Positions 11,452 to 24,537 are shown, counted from the first letter of the stretch. The stretch is DNA of 64,000 nt from Mobula hypostoma (GCF_963921235.1 NC_086097.1:160272001-160336000); one strand, 5' to 3'. Numbers and translations are program-made. Notes: generated by a model from the sequence alone, not told the origin.

Positions 11452-14220
11452 GAAACATAAGGCCATAAGATATAGGAGCAGAATTAGGCCATTTGGCCCA
11501 TTGCGTCTGCTCCACCGTTTCATCATGGTTGATCCAATTTTCCTCTCAGCCCCAGTCTCCTGCCTTTCCCTGTTTCCATTCATGCCCTGATCAATCAAGA
11601 ATCTTTCAACCTCTGCCTTAAATACTGTATGTGTAAAGACTCGACCTCCACAGCAGCCTGTGGAAAAGGATTTCACAGATTCATCACCCACTGACTAAAG
11701 AAATTCCTCCTCATCTCCATTCTTAAAGAACGTCTCTCTATTCTGAGGCTGTGTCCTCTGGAATTAGATTCCCCCACCACAAGAAACATCTTCTCCACGT
11801 CTACCCTATCAAGGCCTTTCACCATTCTATATATTTCAATGAGGTCTCCCCTCAGTCTTCTGAATACAGGCCAGAGCCATCAGATAATCTTCATATGACA
11901 AGCTGTTCAATCATGAAATCATTTTTGTGAACCTCCTATGAACCCTTTCCAGTTTCAGCTTATCCTTTCTAAGATAAGGGGCCCAAAGCTGCTCACAATA
12001 TTCCAAGTGAGGCCTCGCCAGTGCTTTATAAAGTTTCAACATTACTTCCTTGTTTTTATATTTTGGACCTTTTGAAATGAATGCTAACATTGCATTTGCC
12101 TTCCTCACCAGAAACTCAGCCTGCAAATTAACCTTTAGGGAATCCTGCACAAGGACTCCCAAATCCCCTTGCATTTCGTTTTTTTATGTATTTTATATCC
12201 ATTAAGAAAATAGTCAACCCGTTCATTTATTCTACTAAAGTGCATGACCATACACTTCCTGACACTACATTCCATTTGCCATTTCTTTTCCCATTCTCCT
12301 AATTGTTCTAAGTCCTTTTGTAGCCTCGCCACTTCTTCAAAACTACCTCCCCTTCCACCTATCTACATATCTTCTGCAAACTTTGCAACAAAGCCATCGA
12401 TTCCATCATCCAAATCGTTGACATATAACACAAAAAGAATTGGTCCCAACACAGACCCCCCGTGGAACAGTATTGGTCACCAGCAGAAGCCAGAACGGCT
12501 CCCTTTATTCCCACTCTTTGCCTCCTGCCAATCAACCATTGATTTATCCATTCTCAAAACTTTCCTGTAATACTATGGGCTTGAAGCTTGTTCAACAGCC
12601 TCATGTATGGCACTTTGTCAAAGGCCTTCTGAATATCCAAGTACACAACATCAAGTGTTTCTCTTTTGTCTATCCTGCTTGTTATTTCTTCAAAGATTTC
12701 TAACTGTTTTTTCTGGCAAGATTTATGCTTGAGGAAACCATGCTGACTACGGCCTACTTTATCTGATACCTCCAAGTATCCTGAGACCTCATCCTTAATA
12801 ATCAACTCCAACATCCTCCCAGTCACTGAGGTCAGACTAACTGGCCTATAGTTTCCTTTCTTCTTACTCTCTCCCTTTCTTGAAGAGTGGAGTGACATTT
12901 GCAATTTTCTAAGAACAAGAGAACATAAGAAATAGGAGCAGGAGTAGGCTACCTAGCCCATTGAGCCTTCTTCAATAAGATCATACCTGATCTGACCATG
13001 GATTCATCTCCACCTGCCTGCCTTTTCCCCATAACTGTTAATTCCCCTATATGCAAAAACCTATTCAATCTAGTGATTCTTGAAAGATCATTACTAGTGC
13101 CTCCACAATGCCTTCAGCCACCTCTTTTAGAACTCTGATGTGTGCACTATCTGGTCCAGGTGATTTATCTATCTTCAGACCTTTCAGCTTCCCAAGAACC
13201 TTCTCTCCAGTACTAGCAACTTCGCACATTTCATGCCCCGACACCTGGAACTACCACTATTCTGCTAGCATCTTCCACAGTGAAGACTGAAGCAAAATAC
13301 TTATCAGTTCACCCACTATTTCATTGTCACCCATTACTACCTCTGCAGAATAATTTACCAGCAGTCCAATATCCACTCTCGCCACTCTTTTACACTTTAT
13401 GTATCTGAAGAAACCTTTTGTATCCTCTTTATTGGTTCGTTCTCTTCTATATTCCACCTTTACTTTGTTAATGACTTTTTAGTTGCTTTCTGTTGGTTTT
13501 TAAAAACTCCCCAGTCCTCTAACTCACATTAGTTTTTGTTCTATTTTATGCCCTTCCTTTGGCTGGTATGTTGGCTTTGACTCCTCTTGTTAGCCACAGT
13601 TGTGTTATCCTTCCTTTAGAATACGGCTTCCTCTTTGGGATATATGTGTCCTGTGCCTTCCGATTTCTTCCAGAAATTCCAGCCATTGCTGCTCTGCCAT
13701 CATCCCTGCCTGTGTTTTTTTTCTCAAACAGTTCTGGACAACTCCTCTTTCATACCTCTGAAATTCCCTTTACTCCACTATAATACTGATACGCCTGCCT
13801 TTAGCTTCTCCTTCTTAAATTTCCGGGTGAATTTGATCATATTATGATCACTCACCCCTCAGGGTTCTTTTATCTTAAGCTCTCCGATTAATTCTGGTTC
13901 CTTGCACAACAGCCAATCCAGAATAGCTGGACTTCTAATGGGTTCAAACCAGAGCTACTCTAGAAAGCCATCTCATAGGTACTCTAGAAATTCCCCCTCC
14001 TGGAATTCACCATGATTTTCCCAATCTACCTGCATATTGAAGCCCCCACGATGATTGTAACATTGCCCTTTTGACATGCATTTTCTCACTCCCATTGTAA
14101 TTTGTAGGCCGCATCCTTACTATGCTTGGTGGTCTCTACAGAACTCTGATCAGGGTCTTTTTATCCTTGCAATTCCTCAGCTCTATCCACAATGATTCAA
14201 CATCTTCTGACCCTATGACA
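11452..14220 (-). mobile_element. Older CR1 LINE (endonuclease part to 3' end), with a short CR1 3'-UTR insert at ~12912-13065
   Basis: Minus ORF fragments NYRPVSLTS..YLDIQKAFDKV (12554-12904), LYKALARPHLEYC (11911-12174), VESLWIELRN (14136-14318); tail cataaggccataag at ~11456. Confidence 0.88.
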
Positions 14221-14221
14221 C

Positions 14222-15110
14222 AGGAGAACAAAATAATTGTTTCTCCAGATCCGATGCAGCACAAAAGATAAAGAACACAATAATGATAATAATAAACACA
14301 CAATAAATATAAATACACAAGTTAGCATTTACACAGATTGATTGCATGTCCATAAAGTTATGTTAGGCTGTACATAACATGACTGATGGGAAATAACAAA
14401 GTAGTGGTGGAGTTAGTGGGTGGAAATGTTCATCAGTACGCTTGGAGAAAGTAACTGTTTTTGAGTCTGGTGGTCCTGGCAAGAATGCTACATAGCCTGT
14501 TCTCCGATGGGAGTAGGACAAACAATCCATGAGTGGGCTGTATGTGATCCTCCAAGATGTTACTTGCCCAGTTCTGGCACCTTTCTATATATACATATGT
14601 CCTTGATGGACGGTAGGCTGGTGCCAGTGAGGTTTTGGGCAGTTTGACTACCTGTTTGTACAGCCTTCCTCAGAAATAAGAGAAAATCTGCAGGGCTGGA
14701 AATCCAAGCACACACACAAAATGCTGGAGGAACTCAGCAAGCCAGGTAGCATTTATGGAAAAGAGTACAGTCGATGTTTCAGACCGAGACCCTCCAACAT
14801 TTTGTGTGTGTTGCTTTCAGAGCTTTCCTGTCTGCTGCAGTGCAGTTTCTGTAGCGAGCAGTGATGCAGCTTGTTAGGTTGCTTTCTGGTGTGTATCTGT
14901 AGAATGATCTGAGTATGGATGTGCAAAGTCCACCTCTTTTCAACCTCCTCAGAAAGTAGAAGCTTTGGTGAGCTTTCTTGACTGTGTTCTGGGACCATGC
15001 AGGATTGTGTAAATGTGAACTCCGATGACTTTGAAACTGTTTGCAGTTTTCCCAGGAGTTTGAAACTGCTTGATGTTTTCACTGCTGTGCCACAGATGTA
15101 AAGGGTTTTG
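14222..15110 (-). mobile_element. Rex1/Babar-like LINE 3' fragment; its extreme 3' end lies at ~9820-9871
   Basis: Colinear with the copy at 20940-21640; 'gtacacaagtgtaaag' (9856-9871) continues as 'gagaacaaaataattg..gatgcagcac' here. Confidence 0.65.
14671..14817 (-). mobile_element. Penelope-terminus mini-element
   Basis: Same sequence family as the element end at 6340-6420 (acacacaaaatgctggaggaactcagc..gtacagtcgatgtttc), plus a short inverted end copy. Confidence 0.75.
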
Positions 15111-15404
15111 TGGGTTTAAGGATTAAAATTCACAGACCAAATGGCATACATTCATGTTACTCATTAATTCAAGCTTCCTTTAAAAACCTCTATCAGATGT
15201 CCCCTCAGCCACATAGGTCCAGAGAAAATAGTCCAAATTTGTTGAACTTTCCTTGTAGCACATGCCCTCTAATCCAGGCAGCATCCCTGGTTAACCTCTT
15301 CTACACCCTCTCCAAAGCCTCCATATCCTTCTTATAATGGGGCAACTATAATTCAATGTGATACAATCAGTTAACACGAGATTCTGCAGAAGCTAGAATT
15401 CTTG

Positions 15405-15435
15405 AGTCCTGATGAAATGTCTTGAAATGTCGACT
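15405..15435 (+). ncRNA. Degenerate minimal hammerhead-ribozyme motif within a Penelope-terminus fragment
   Basis: AGTC-CTGATGA-AATGTCTT-GAAA-TG-TC-GACT: stem I AGTC/GACT and core CUGAUGA/GAAA/UC intact; stem II weak; stem III palindrome mutated (ACGT to ATGT). Confidence 0.55.
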
Positions 15436-15488
15436 ATTTATTCTTCTCCATAGATGCTGCCTGATTTTTGTGTGTGTTAGAATATTCC

Positions 15489-15856
15489 CTTACACGAGTC
15501 CCAGGCTCAGCTGGCTCCAGCTGACAGGATCTGGTATGGGCCCCTATCCAGGGTTACGGATCCCACTGCCTTGTGGGTATCTTCGGGAGAAGAGAAGGCT
15601 AAGGAGTAAACCCTACACAAATCCGGAGTGGAGCCCCTAAGGCGGCTGGATGACATATCACATCACCTCCCTGCAGCTCCTGCAGCCAAGCTGATGCCAA
15701 ATGTACTGCTTCACATTCCTTTGGAGCACATCCGCGAGGCCGAGAAGGGGATCTTGATGTCTGGGCAGCCCAGGATCTCCATATTTATCGCCCAGGTCTG
15801 CGCCCTGGAATGGGCGCATCCATTGTCTACTAGACAGACAGAGCCATAATGATGAT
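15489..15856 (+). mobile_element. 368-bp non-autonomous retroposon, possibly RTE-related
   Basis: 8-bp TSD AATATTCC at 15481-15488 and 15857-15864; 3' tail ATAATGATGAT; GC-richer than flanks; no RT coding remnant seen. Confidence 0.65.
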
Positions 15857-16183
15857 AATATTCCAGATGTGGCCTAACCAGAGATTTATAAAGCTCCAAC
15901 ATAACATCCAGACTCAAGAAATGAGTTCCTTGACTAATAAGGCAAGAATGCCAAATGCTTTATTTACTTTCCTAGCAACCTATGTAGCCAGTTTCAATCT
16001 GAAACCTCCCTGCATTTTTTCTGACCATAGAACATAGAACACAGAATAGTACAGCACCATAAACCTCAGTATCTCTTGTCAGACGCAATTTCCTGAGCTT
16101 GTAAATTTTACCCTTTGCCATTGAAAAATATGCTGCTCCTGGACACTTGTTATCAAACTCTTAAACGCCTGCTATTTGCCATT

Positions 16184-17018
16184 TGTTACGTAACCGACAA
16201 CAATGAATATCAATCGAGACAGGTTATATAAAAACAACCAAACATTTACTAAACACGGATAGACAATTAAAAAAATGAAAACCTTAACCGAAAGTTAACC
16301 GCTATGCAGCCATTCATCAAATCGTCACTCAGTACTGATTCTTAAAGCGGTAAAGTCAAATACAGTTCTTAAAATGGTAAATTCGAAAATCCAACAGATT
16401 TATACATTCAACTGGGAGAGATTTCTCTGGAGAAGGACTCTTCATAGACATGACTTTCCTATTGGTTCTGTCCAAAGGATACATGGTGCAGGAAATAAAC
16501 GGCTTAAAACAACTGACCTTAGTTTCTAGAGCAAATCCTGCATGAACTTCCTTGCTCTTTTGGCAAGAGTTATCTTCAATGCAGACTTCGGTGACTTCTT
16601 CAACGAATACTCAATAAGGTCGATCCTTTGTTAAACTGCCGAACGATACCAGCTTCTCTTAATCCTTCGGGTGTACTTCAATAAAGTCTTCACTCTCCCA
16701 TACTACTGGAAAAAGGTATATCAACACATCTAGCAAAAATTGCCAGGCCAGCACTATTGTACCTTGCAACAGAACGTAACACTCCGTTTTAAAAATGAAA
16801 CTGCGTCATAAAAACAAATATACAATAGAAACGGAGACACACAACATTCTAGCTGGAAAACTAAAAACTAAAAACCAACTTCGTCATCTGAGGTCTTCCC
16901 TTTTATACTCATGGTGAACATGTCCTCACGTAACCTCATATCGGTGGGAAAATTACATCAGGTGACCTCCAAAAGACTATTACATCATTCTCACAAAATC
17001 TCCTTGAGGTATGTAATA
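16184..17018 (-). mobile_element. Solo LTR (835 bp) inserted in an old CR1 remnant
   Basis: Termini TGTTACGT...ATGTAATA (degenerate inverted ends); 4-bp TSD CATT at 16180-16183 and 17019-17022. Orientation is inferred only from minus-strand TATA-like and AGTAAA motifs. Confidence 0.75.
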
Positions 17019-17022
17019 CATT

Positions 17023-17975
17023 CATTCCTTTTTTTCAAACAAGCTCACCCAATCGACCTCAGCTAGATCTTGTCTAATTCCCCCAAAAATGGCCCTGCTT
17101 CAGTTTCAGATCTTAACCTGTGGAACTGCCCTATACTTTTCCATCAATATCTTAAAACTACAGAATTATGATCACTAGAGCCAAAGTACTCCCTGATTGC
17201 CACTTCAGTTATTTGCCCTGCCTCAACGTTTAACGGAGGTTAGTATTATATCCTCCTGAATAGAGCCCTCTATGGATCAACTCAGGAAACTTTCCTGAAC
17301 ACATTTCACAAATTTCACCGCCTCCTGATCCTTAACACCCTAACCCTAATACTGAGAACATTAAAATCTCCCAATAACACACCCCTATTATTCTTACAAC
17401 TATGAGCAAATTCTCTACGTACCTAATACAATCCCACTAGATTAACCCTCCATTTCTTGTTTTAAAGTTCTACCCATGTGGTTTTACTGGATGAACCTCC
17501 AAGAGTGTCACCTCTATTCACAGCCACTACATCTTCCCTTATCAAAAAGGCTACACCTCTTCCATGTTTACCTGTATCTCGATCATACTTGAACATTGAG
17601 CTGCCAGCCCTGCCCTTCTCTCAGACAACTGTCTTGTTATGGCTCTAATATCTTAGCTCAGAGTCAATCCACACTCTGAGTTCATCTGCTTTAACAGTAA
17701 AATGTCAGGCACTGAACTAAATGCAGTTTCACTGAGTATTCATTTCCCTCCTTTTACTGTGCCTGTGGCTCTCTGATTACTAGACTTTCTCCCATTGTCT
17801 ACTTCTTCATCCCATGCCTTGCTCCTACTCAAGATCCATACCATCCCTTCCAATTGAGTTTAAACCCTCCTGTGTAGCACTAGCAATTTTCCCTGCAAAG
17901 ATGTCTGTCCCTTTCTGATTTAAGTGTAACCTGTCGCTCTAGCAGGGGTTACCTCTCTTCCAGAGGAGTTTCCAA
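17023..17975 (-). mobile_element. Old CR1 endonuclease-region remnant
   Basis: Degenerate similarity to the CR1 segments at 1620-2290 and 13790-14220 (e.g. ttatgatcact, aaatctccca). Confidence 0.55.
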
Positions 17976-18186
17976 TAGACAATAGACAATAGGTGCAGGA
18001 GTAGGCCGTTCGGCCCTTTAAGCCAGCACCGCCATTCACTGTGATCATGGCTGATCATCCACAATCAGTACCCCGTTCCTGCCTTCTCCCCATATCCCTT
18101 GACTTTGCTATCATTAAGAGCTCTACCTAACTCTTTCTTGAAAGCATCCAGAGAATTGTCCTCCACTGCCTCCTGAGGCAGAGCAT
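17974..18186 (-). mobile_element. CR1 3'-end fragment
   Basis: Tail caatagacaatagacaatag followed by gtgcaggagtaggcc..cggccctt, matching the 3' UTR at 25546-25700. Confidence 0.8.
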
Positions 18187-18388
18187 CATAAATTGGTCCA
18201 TGATCATAAATTCCTGCCCTCTGCATGAACTCATCTGGCCTAGCCTTCTGTTTCTGACCTTGCTGGCACAGGGAGAGAGAATGCCCGGGTCAGGTGGGGT
18301 TTTTGATTACTGGCCATTTAACAGAGGAAGCAAGCAGTATAGAGAGAGTCCACAGAGGGGATTTTGATGTGCTGAGATTAAAAGCAAT

Positions 18389-18464
18389 CACCCTAACAGG
18401 GACTTGAACCCTGTACCCTCAGATTGAAAGTCCGATGCTCTATCAACTGAGCTGGTGCCAGGGC
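18389..18464 (-). pseudogene. tRNA-Lys(TTT)-derived pseudogene with anticodon changed to TTC (Glu)
   Basis: Minus strand GCCCTGGCACCAGCTCAGTTGATAGAGCATCGGACTTTCAATCTGAGGGTACAGGGTTCAAGTCCCTGTTAGGGTG aligns to vertebrate tRNA-Lys-TTT. T-arm and D-stem intact, 3 extra nt after the acceptor strand, D-loop GG lost, TTTT 6 nt downstream. Confidence 0.85.
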
Positions 18465-19367
18465 TGCAACGAAATATTTCAACATGGTAACCTGTAATTC
18501 CAAGGACATGTTCCACTTCACTGAAGCAAAATATAAATGCAGACCTAAGGATAGAAATTTGCAAAATGAATGGTTATATCAGTTCTGGGAACATAACACT
18601 AGCTATTTCATGCTAACGGACAGGATGATTTAAAGTGAAAGATAATTCATTTTGACAGTCAACAAATCCTGGGTTTATTAGTAGAAGATAATGCAGGGGG
18701 AAAAAACAATACAATTGGATTGCTTGCAGCTATTATTAACTCACCAATCATAACTACAGATCCTATATTTGAAAATGGAAATGATTAGAGAAGGTTGTTT
18801 TCACCAGATTAGCAAGTTGTTGGTCAACTTCATTTCATACAAGGACATTAGCAGCAATATCCAACATTAAAACAGATTATTATGATGTGGATTAAAAGGA
18901 GGCCATTCTTCTCCATTGCCCAATCTTATCCTTTTCCAAAAGTTGCGTAAATGTATGTTTCATTGAATCTATTTCCATCACTTAATACCCCAAATGCACC
19001 AGCATTATCACATGTCTACTACCTCCCAAGTTTATTGGGTAGATCTACTGCAGTTCTGGTCAATTTGCTCTCCACAATGTATCAAAGAGGTGAGAAATGA
19101 ACTGTTCATCATACCCTGGGTTCTCTTCTCCTATCTCAATGAATTGCAATCGCAACACAACTGCTCAACTTTCAAAGATTAGGTACTACTGATAGACTTT
19201 TGGCCACTAATACTTGAAGGTTTCTACTCCAAGGCTGCTAACACCTGATATTCCTACCTCCATCTCAGTTTACATGACTACATATATCAGAATACATTAG
19301 TTCCAGTAGTGCTTGCAAAGTTCTAAAAGAGTTGTGCTATCTACAGGAGGTACTGTCTCAAAAAGGC

Positions 19368-20887
19368 AACATAGAAACATAGAAAACCTACAGCACAATA
19401 CAGGCCCTTCAGCCCACAATGCTGTGCCAAACATGCACTTACTTTATAAATTACCTAGGGTTACCCACAGCCCTCTATTTTTCTAAGCTCCATGTACTCC
19501 ATCCAGGAGTCTCTTAAAAGACCCTATAGTAAATGCCTCCACCACCATCGCTGGCAGCCCATTCCACGCACTCACCACTCTCTGCGTAAAAAACTTACCC
19601 CTAGACATCTCCTCTACCTACTTCCAAGCACCTTAAAACTGTGCCTTCTTGTGTTAGCCATTTCACCCCTGTGAAAAAGCCTCTGACTATCCACACGATC
19701 AATGCCTCTCATCATCTTATACACCTCTATCAGGTCACCTCTCATCTGCCGTCGCTCCATGGAGAAAAGGCTAAGCTCACTCAAACTATTTTCATAAGAC
19801 ATGCTCCCCAATCCAGGCAACATCCTTGTAAATCTCCTCTGCACCCTTTCTATAGTTTCCACATCCTTCCTGTAATGAGGAGAACAGAACTGAGCACAGT
19901 ACTCCAAGTGGGGTCTGACCAGGGTCCTATTTAGCTGCAACGTTATCTCTCGGCTCTTGAACTCAATCCCATGGTTGATGAAGGCCAATGCACCATATGC
20001 CTTCTTAACCTTCGAGTCAACCTGCGCAGCAGCTTTGAGTATCCTATGAACTCTGACCTCAAGATCCCTCTGTTCCTTCACATTGCGAAGAGTCTTACCA
20101 TTAATACTATATTATGCCATCATATTTGACCTACCAAAATCAACCACCTCACACTTATCTGGGTTGAACTCCATCTGCCACTTCTCAGCCCAGTTTTGCA
20201 TCTTATCGATGTCCCGCTGTAACCTCTTACAACCCTCCACACTATCCACAACACCCCCAACTTCTGTGTCATCAGCAAATTTACTAACCCATCCCTCCAC
20301 TTCCTCATCCAGGTCATTTATAAAAACCACGAGGAGAAGGGGTCCCAGAACAGATCCCTGAGGCACACCACTGGTCACTGACCTCCATGCAGAATATGAC
20401 CCATTTACAACCACTCTTTTCCTTCTGTGGCAAGCCAGTTCTGGATCCACAAAGCAATTTCCCCTTGGATCCCCTGCCTCCTTACTTTCTCAATAATCCT
20501 TGCATGGGGTACCTTGTCAACTGCCTTGCTGAAATCCATATACAATACATCTACTGCTCTACCTTTGTCAATGTGTTTAGTCACATCCTCAAAAAATTCA
20601 ATCAGGCTCGTAAGGCACGACTTGCCTTTGACAAAGCCATGCTGACTATTCCTAATCATATTATGCCTCTCCAAATGTTCATAAATCCTGTTCTCAGGAT
20701 CTTTTCCATCAACTTACCAACCACTGAAGTAAGACTCACTGGTCTATAATTTCCTGGGCTATCTCTACTCCCTTTCTTGAATAAGGGAACAACATGTGCA
20801 ACCCTCCAGTCCTCCAGAACCTCTCCCACCCTCATTAATGATGTAAAGTTCATTGCCAGATGCTCGGCAATCTCCTTCCTCGCCTCA
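19368..20887 (-). mobile_element. 5'-truncated CR1 LINE (same subfamily as 443-1605 and 35987-37498)
   Basis: Consecutive minus ORFs 20656-20901, 20405-20674, 20112-20450 ([14 protein letters not shown]) and 19614-20081; aacatagaaacatagaaa tail. Confidence 0.95.
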
Positions 20888-20939
20888 GTATCTAACCTCA
20901 AGAATCCTCACCGTCCTCTTCATGCCTTCTCAGTGTTCC

Positions 20940-22400
20940 CATTCAAGATTACTTACTGTCATTTCCAGTACACAAGTGTAAAGGGGAAATAAACAGTTGT
21001 TGCTATGAATCCTATGCAGCACAAAAACATCACAATAATATAAAGATCAGTATAATAAAGAAACATAACCAATATAAATATGCAAGAGAGATACTATACA
21101 TAGTTTGTATGTACTGTACATAAGGTGATGATAGGTACAGGGGTGTCTGTACATAAGGTGACTCTGACAGGAAATGATAAAGTAGTGGTGGTGGAGAATG
21201 TGTTGGGATGGGTTAGTGGGTGGAGGTGTTGATCAGCCTTACTGCTTGGGAACAATAACTGTTTATTTTATCTGCTGCTCCTGGTTGTGGATGTTCCTGT
21301 ACGTACCGTCCTCCCTGATGGGAGCGGGACAAACAGTCCATGTGCAGGGTGAATGGGATCCTTCATAATGTTACCAGCCTTTACGCATATCTGTCCTTGG
21401 TGGTGGGTAGGCTGGTGTCAGTGATGCATTGAGCCATTTTGATAACCCATTGTAGAGTTTTCCTGTCTGCTGCAGTGCAGTTTCCGTACCAAACAGTGAT
21501 GCAGCTTGTCAGTATGCTCTCTGTAGAAGGTCGTCAGCACTGATGTGCATATTCCAGCTCTCTATAGTCTGAGGCCATGAGAGGCTGTGAGCACCGTGCA
21601 CTCAAGGACTTTGAAACAGCTCACAGTTTCCCCTGCTGTGGTGCTACTGCCAATGTAAGGAGGGGTGTGAGTGGTCTGAGCTTTCCTGAAGTTAATAACA
21701 ATCTCCTTTGACTTGTTGACATTGAGGAAGAGGTTATTTGTCTGGAACCAGGCCTCGAGTTTTTGCACCTCCTTTCTGCAGGTCGTCTCATTGTTGTTGG
21801 TAACGAGCCCCACCACTGCTGCATCATCAGCAAACTTGACAATGTGATTACTCGGGTGTTTGGCCATGCAATCGTGTGTGAGCAGAGTGTATAGTAGTGA
21901 GCTCAGCACACAGCACTGGGAGGCACGTGTGTTGAGGAAGATGGGGAGAGTGAAGTGGTTGTGCATTCTGATTGTCTAACACGTTTTAGTTAGGAAGTCC
22001 AAACCCAGTTTCACAGTTGTGTATTAGACCGAGGTGAAGGAGTTTGTTCAGCAAAGTCTGCGGAACAATACTGTTGCCGAACTAAAATCCAGAAACAAGA
22101 TTCTAACAAGATTCTTGTTTTCTAGGTGTATCAGGGCCAGGTGTATGACAGATGCCATGGCATCTATTGTAGAGCTGTTCTGTCGATAAGCATATCTGTG
22201 AATGTGGCAGGAATGGAGTTTTTGATGTCTGCCAAAGCACTTCATGATGATTGGCATCCATCCCACGGGGTGGTAATCATTTAGTGCTGAAGGTGTACAC
22301 TTCTTTGGTACAGTGATGATTGTGGCTGTTTTGAAGTATGTGGGACAGCAGCCTAGATGAGTTAAGTGTTGAAGATGTTCAGCAGGATGTCTTCACGCAG
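20940..22400 (-). mobile_element. Rex1/Babar-like LINE, degraded RT to 3' end
   Basis: Minus ORFs 21562-21966 (LLYTLLTHDC..VKFADD..LNVNKSKE) and 22048-22266 (AYRQNSST..RILFLDFSS). Confidence 0.85.
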
Positions 22401-22937
22401 AAGGTATAGAAGCCTGAAGTTCCATACCAATAGGTTCAGGAACAACTGCTTTTCTACAGCTATCATCTTCTTGAACTGACCTGCACAATCCTACCTCAGC
22501 GATGGAAAAGTAACATCATCTTTTGCACTCTGGACTTGTCTCTGTTAGTGTGTTTTATTTTCTCTAATATCTTGTTTTCCAGTCTTTTTCTTCAATATCT
22601 GGTATAATTTATGTATAACTCATGCATGTTTGCTGTCTGAATCCCTACGCCTGTGATGTTGCCATGAGCAAGCTTTTTCATCGTAAGTGTAGCTCACTGT
22701 AATTGCACATATAACAATAAACTTGATTTGACTTGACTTGAAGCGCATAAATTTATAAGCACTCATTTCAGGATAACCCAGGCAAAAACAAAAAAATCTT
22801 CTGCATCTTTTATAGCCAATGATTATCATAATGAAGGATTCCAGCAAATATTTTGTGCATAGCAGATTGGCAGTTATCAGGTTATTTTAGTTATACTGTT
22901 TGAGAGAAACATTATCCATAAAAAAGAGAGATAGCTA

Positions 22938-24537
22938 CAGTGGTGCTAGAAAGTTTGTGAACCCTGTAGAATTTTCTTTATTTCTGTAAAAGTATGACCT
23001 AAAAAGTGATCAGATCTTCATGCATGTCCTAAAACTAGGTAGAGAGAACCCAATTAAATAAGTGACACAAAAACATTATACTTGTTCATTTATTATTTGA
23101 GAAAAATGATCCAATATTACATGTATTTGTTGGAAAAAGAATGTGAACCTTTGGGTTAACACCTTCTATAAAAGCTACTTAGAATCTGGTGTTCCAATCA
23201 ATGAGATGAAATTGGAGGTGTGAGTTGTAGAGGTGCCCTGCCCTATAAAAAAGAAACACGAAGTCAGGTTACTGACAGACCCTGTTTTTCTCAAGAAAGA
23301 TGCGCACAAAGCCTCGATCAGAACAACTTTCAGAGAACCTTAGAAGAACTGTAGAGATGCATGAAGCTGGAAAAGGCTACAAAAACACTTTTAAAGACCT
23401 GAGTGTTCATCAGTCCACAGGAAAAGAAATTGTCTGCAAATGGAGGAAACTCGGTACTGTTGCTACTCTCCCTAGGAGTGGGTATCCTGCAATGGTCACA
23501 CCAAGAACACAATATGCAATGCTGACGGAGATGAAAAAGAACCCAAGGGTAACAGCAAAAGTCCTGCAAAAATCACTAGAACTTGCTAAAGTCTCTGTTC
23601 ATATGTCCACTATAAGAAAAACACTGAACAAGAATGGTGTTCATGGAAGGACACCACAGAGGAAACCATTGCTCTCCAACAAAAACATTGCTACACACCT
23701 CAAGTTTGCAAAAGACCACCTGGATGTTCCACATTGCTTCTGGGACAATGTTCAGTGGACAGATGGGACAAAAGTTGAACTTTTTGGCAGAAATGCATAT
23801 TGCTATGTTTGGAGGAAAAAGGACACTGCACACCAACCAAAATGTCATCACAACTGTGAAGCATGGTGGAAGGACCATCATGGTTTGGGGCTGCTTTGCT
23901 GCCTCGGGCTTGGACAGCTTGCAATCATTGAGGGAACAATGAATTCAAAATTGTTTCAAGACATTTTACAGGGGAATGTCAGAGAAGTAGTCCATCAACT
24001 GAAGCTTAATTGAAGTTGGATAATGCAACAAGACAATGATCTTAAAGACAAGAGTAAATCAACAACAAAATGGTTTAAAAAGAAGAAAAATCTGTGTTTT
24101 GGGATGGCCGAGTCAAAGTCCTGACCTTAATCCTATAGAAATGTTGTAAAGGACCTGAAGCAAGCAGTTCATACAAGGAAACCAACCAGCATCCCAGAGA
24201 TGAAGCAGTTTTATAAGGAGGAATGGCCTAAAATTCCTCAAAACCGATGTCAGGACCAATCAACAGCTACCAGAAATGTTTGGTTGAAGTTCTTGCTATA
24301 CAAGGGGTTTGCACCAGTTACTGAAAGCAAAGGTTCACATACTTTTTCAAGTACATAACTCTGGAACATCTTTCTCAATAAATAAATGAACAAGTATAAT
24401 GTTTTTGTGTTATTTATTTAATTGGGTTCTCTTTATCTAGTTTTAGGATTTACGTGAAGCTCTGATCACATTTTAGGCCATATTTATGCAGAAATAGAGA
24501 AAATACTACAGGCTTCACAAACTTTCTAGCACCACTG
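22938..24537 (+). mobile_element. Full-length Tc1-family DNA transposon (1600 bp) with ~210-bp TIRs
   Basis: TA-CAGTGGTGCTAGAAAGTTTGTGAA ... TTCACAAACTTTCTAGCACCACTG-TA; TIRs ~22938-23152 and ~24329-24537; TA TSD on both sides. Confidence 0.97.
23300..24324 (+). pseudogene. Tc1 DD34E transposase pseudogene
   Basis: Paired-like HTH region, WTDGTK, (shifted frame) TVKHGGRTIMVWGCF, QQDND and WPSQSPDLNPIE; frameshifts near 23840 and 24090; in-frame stops near 24011 and 24147. Confidence 0.93.

Larger units (their letters stand above)
15170..16000 (-). mobile_element. Degraded CR1 fragment interrupted by two adjacent insertions (15371-15480 and 15489-15856)
   Basis: Minus translation DVMLELYKSLVRPHLEY at ~15860-15910; CR1 sequence resumes left of 15370. 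Confidence 0.7.
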
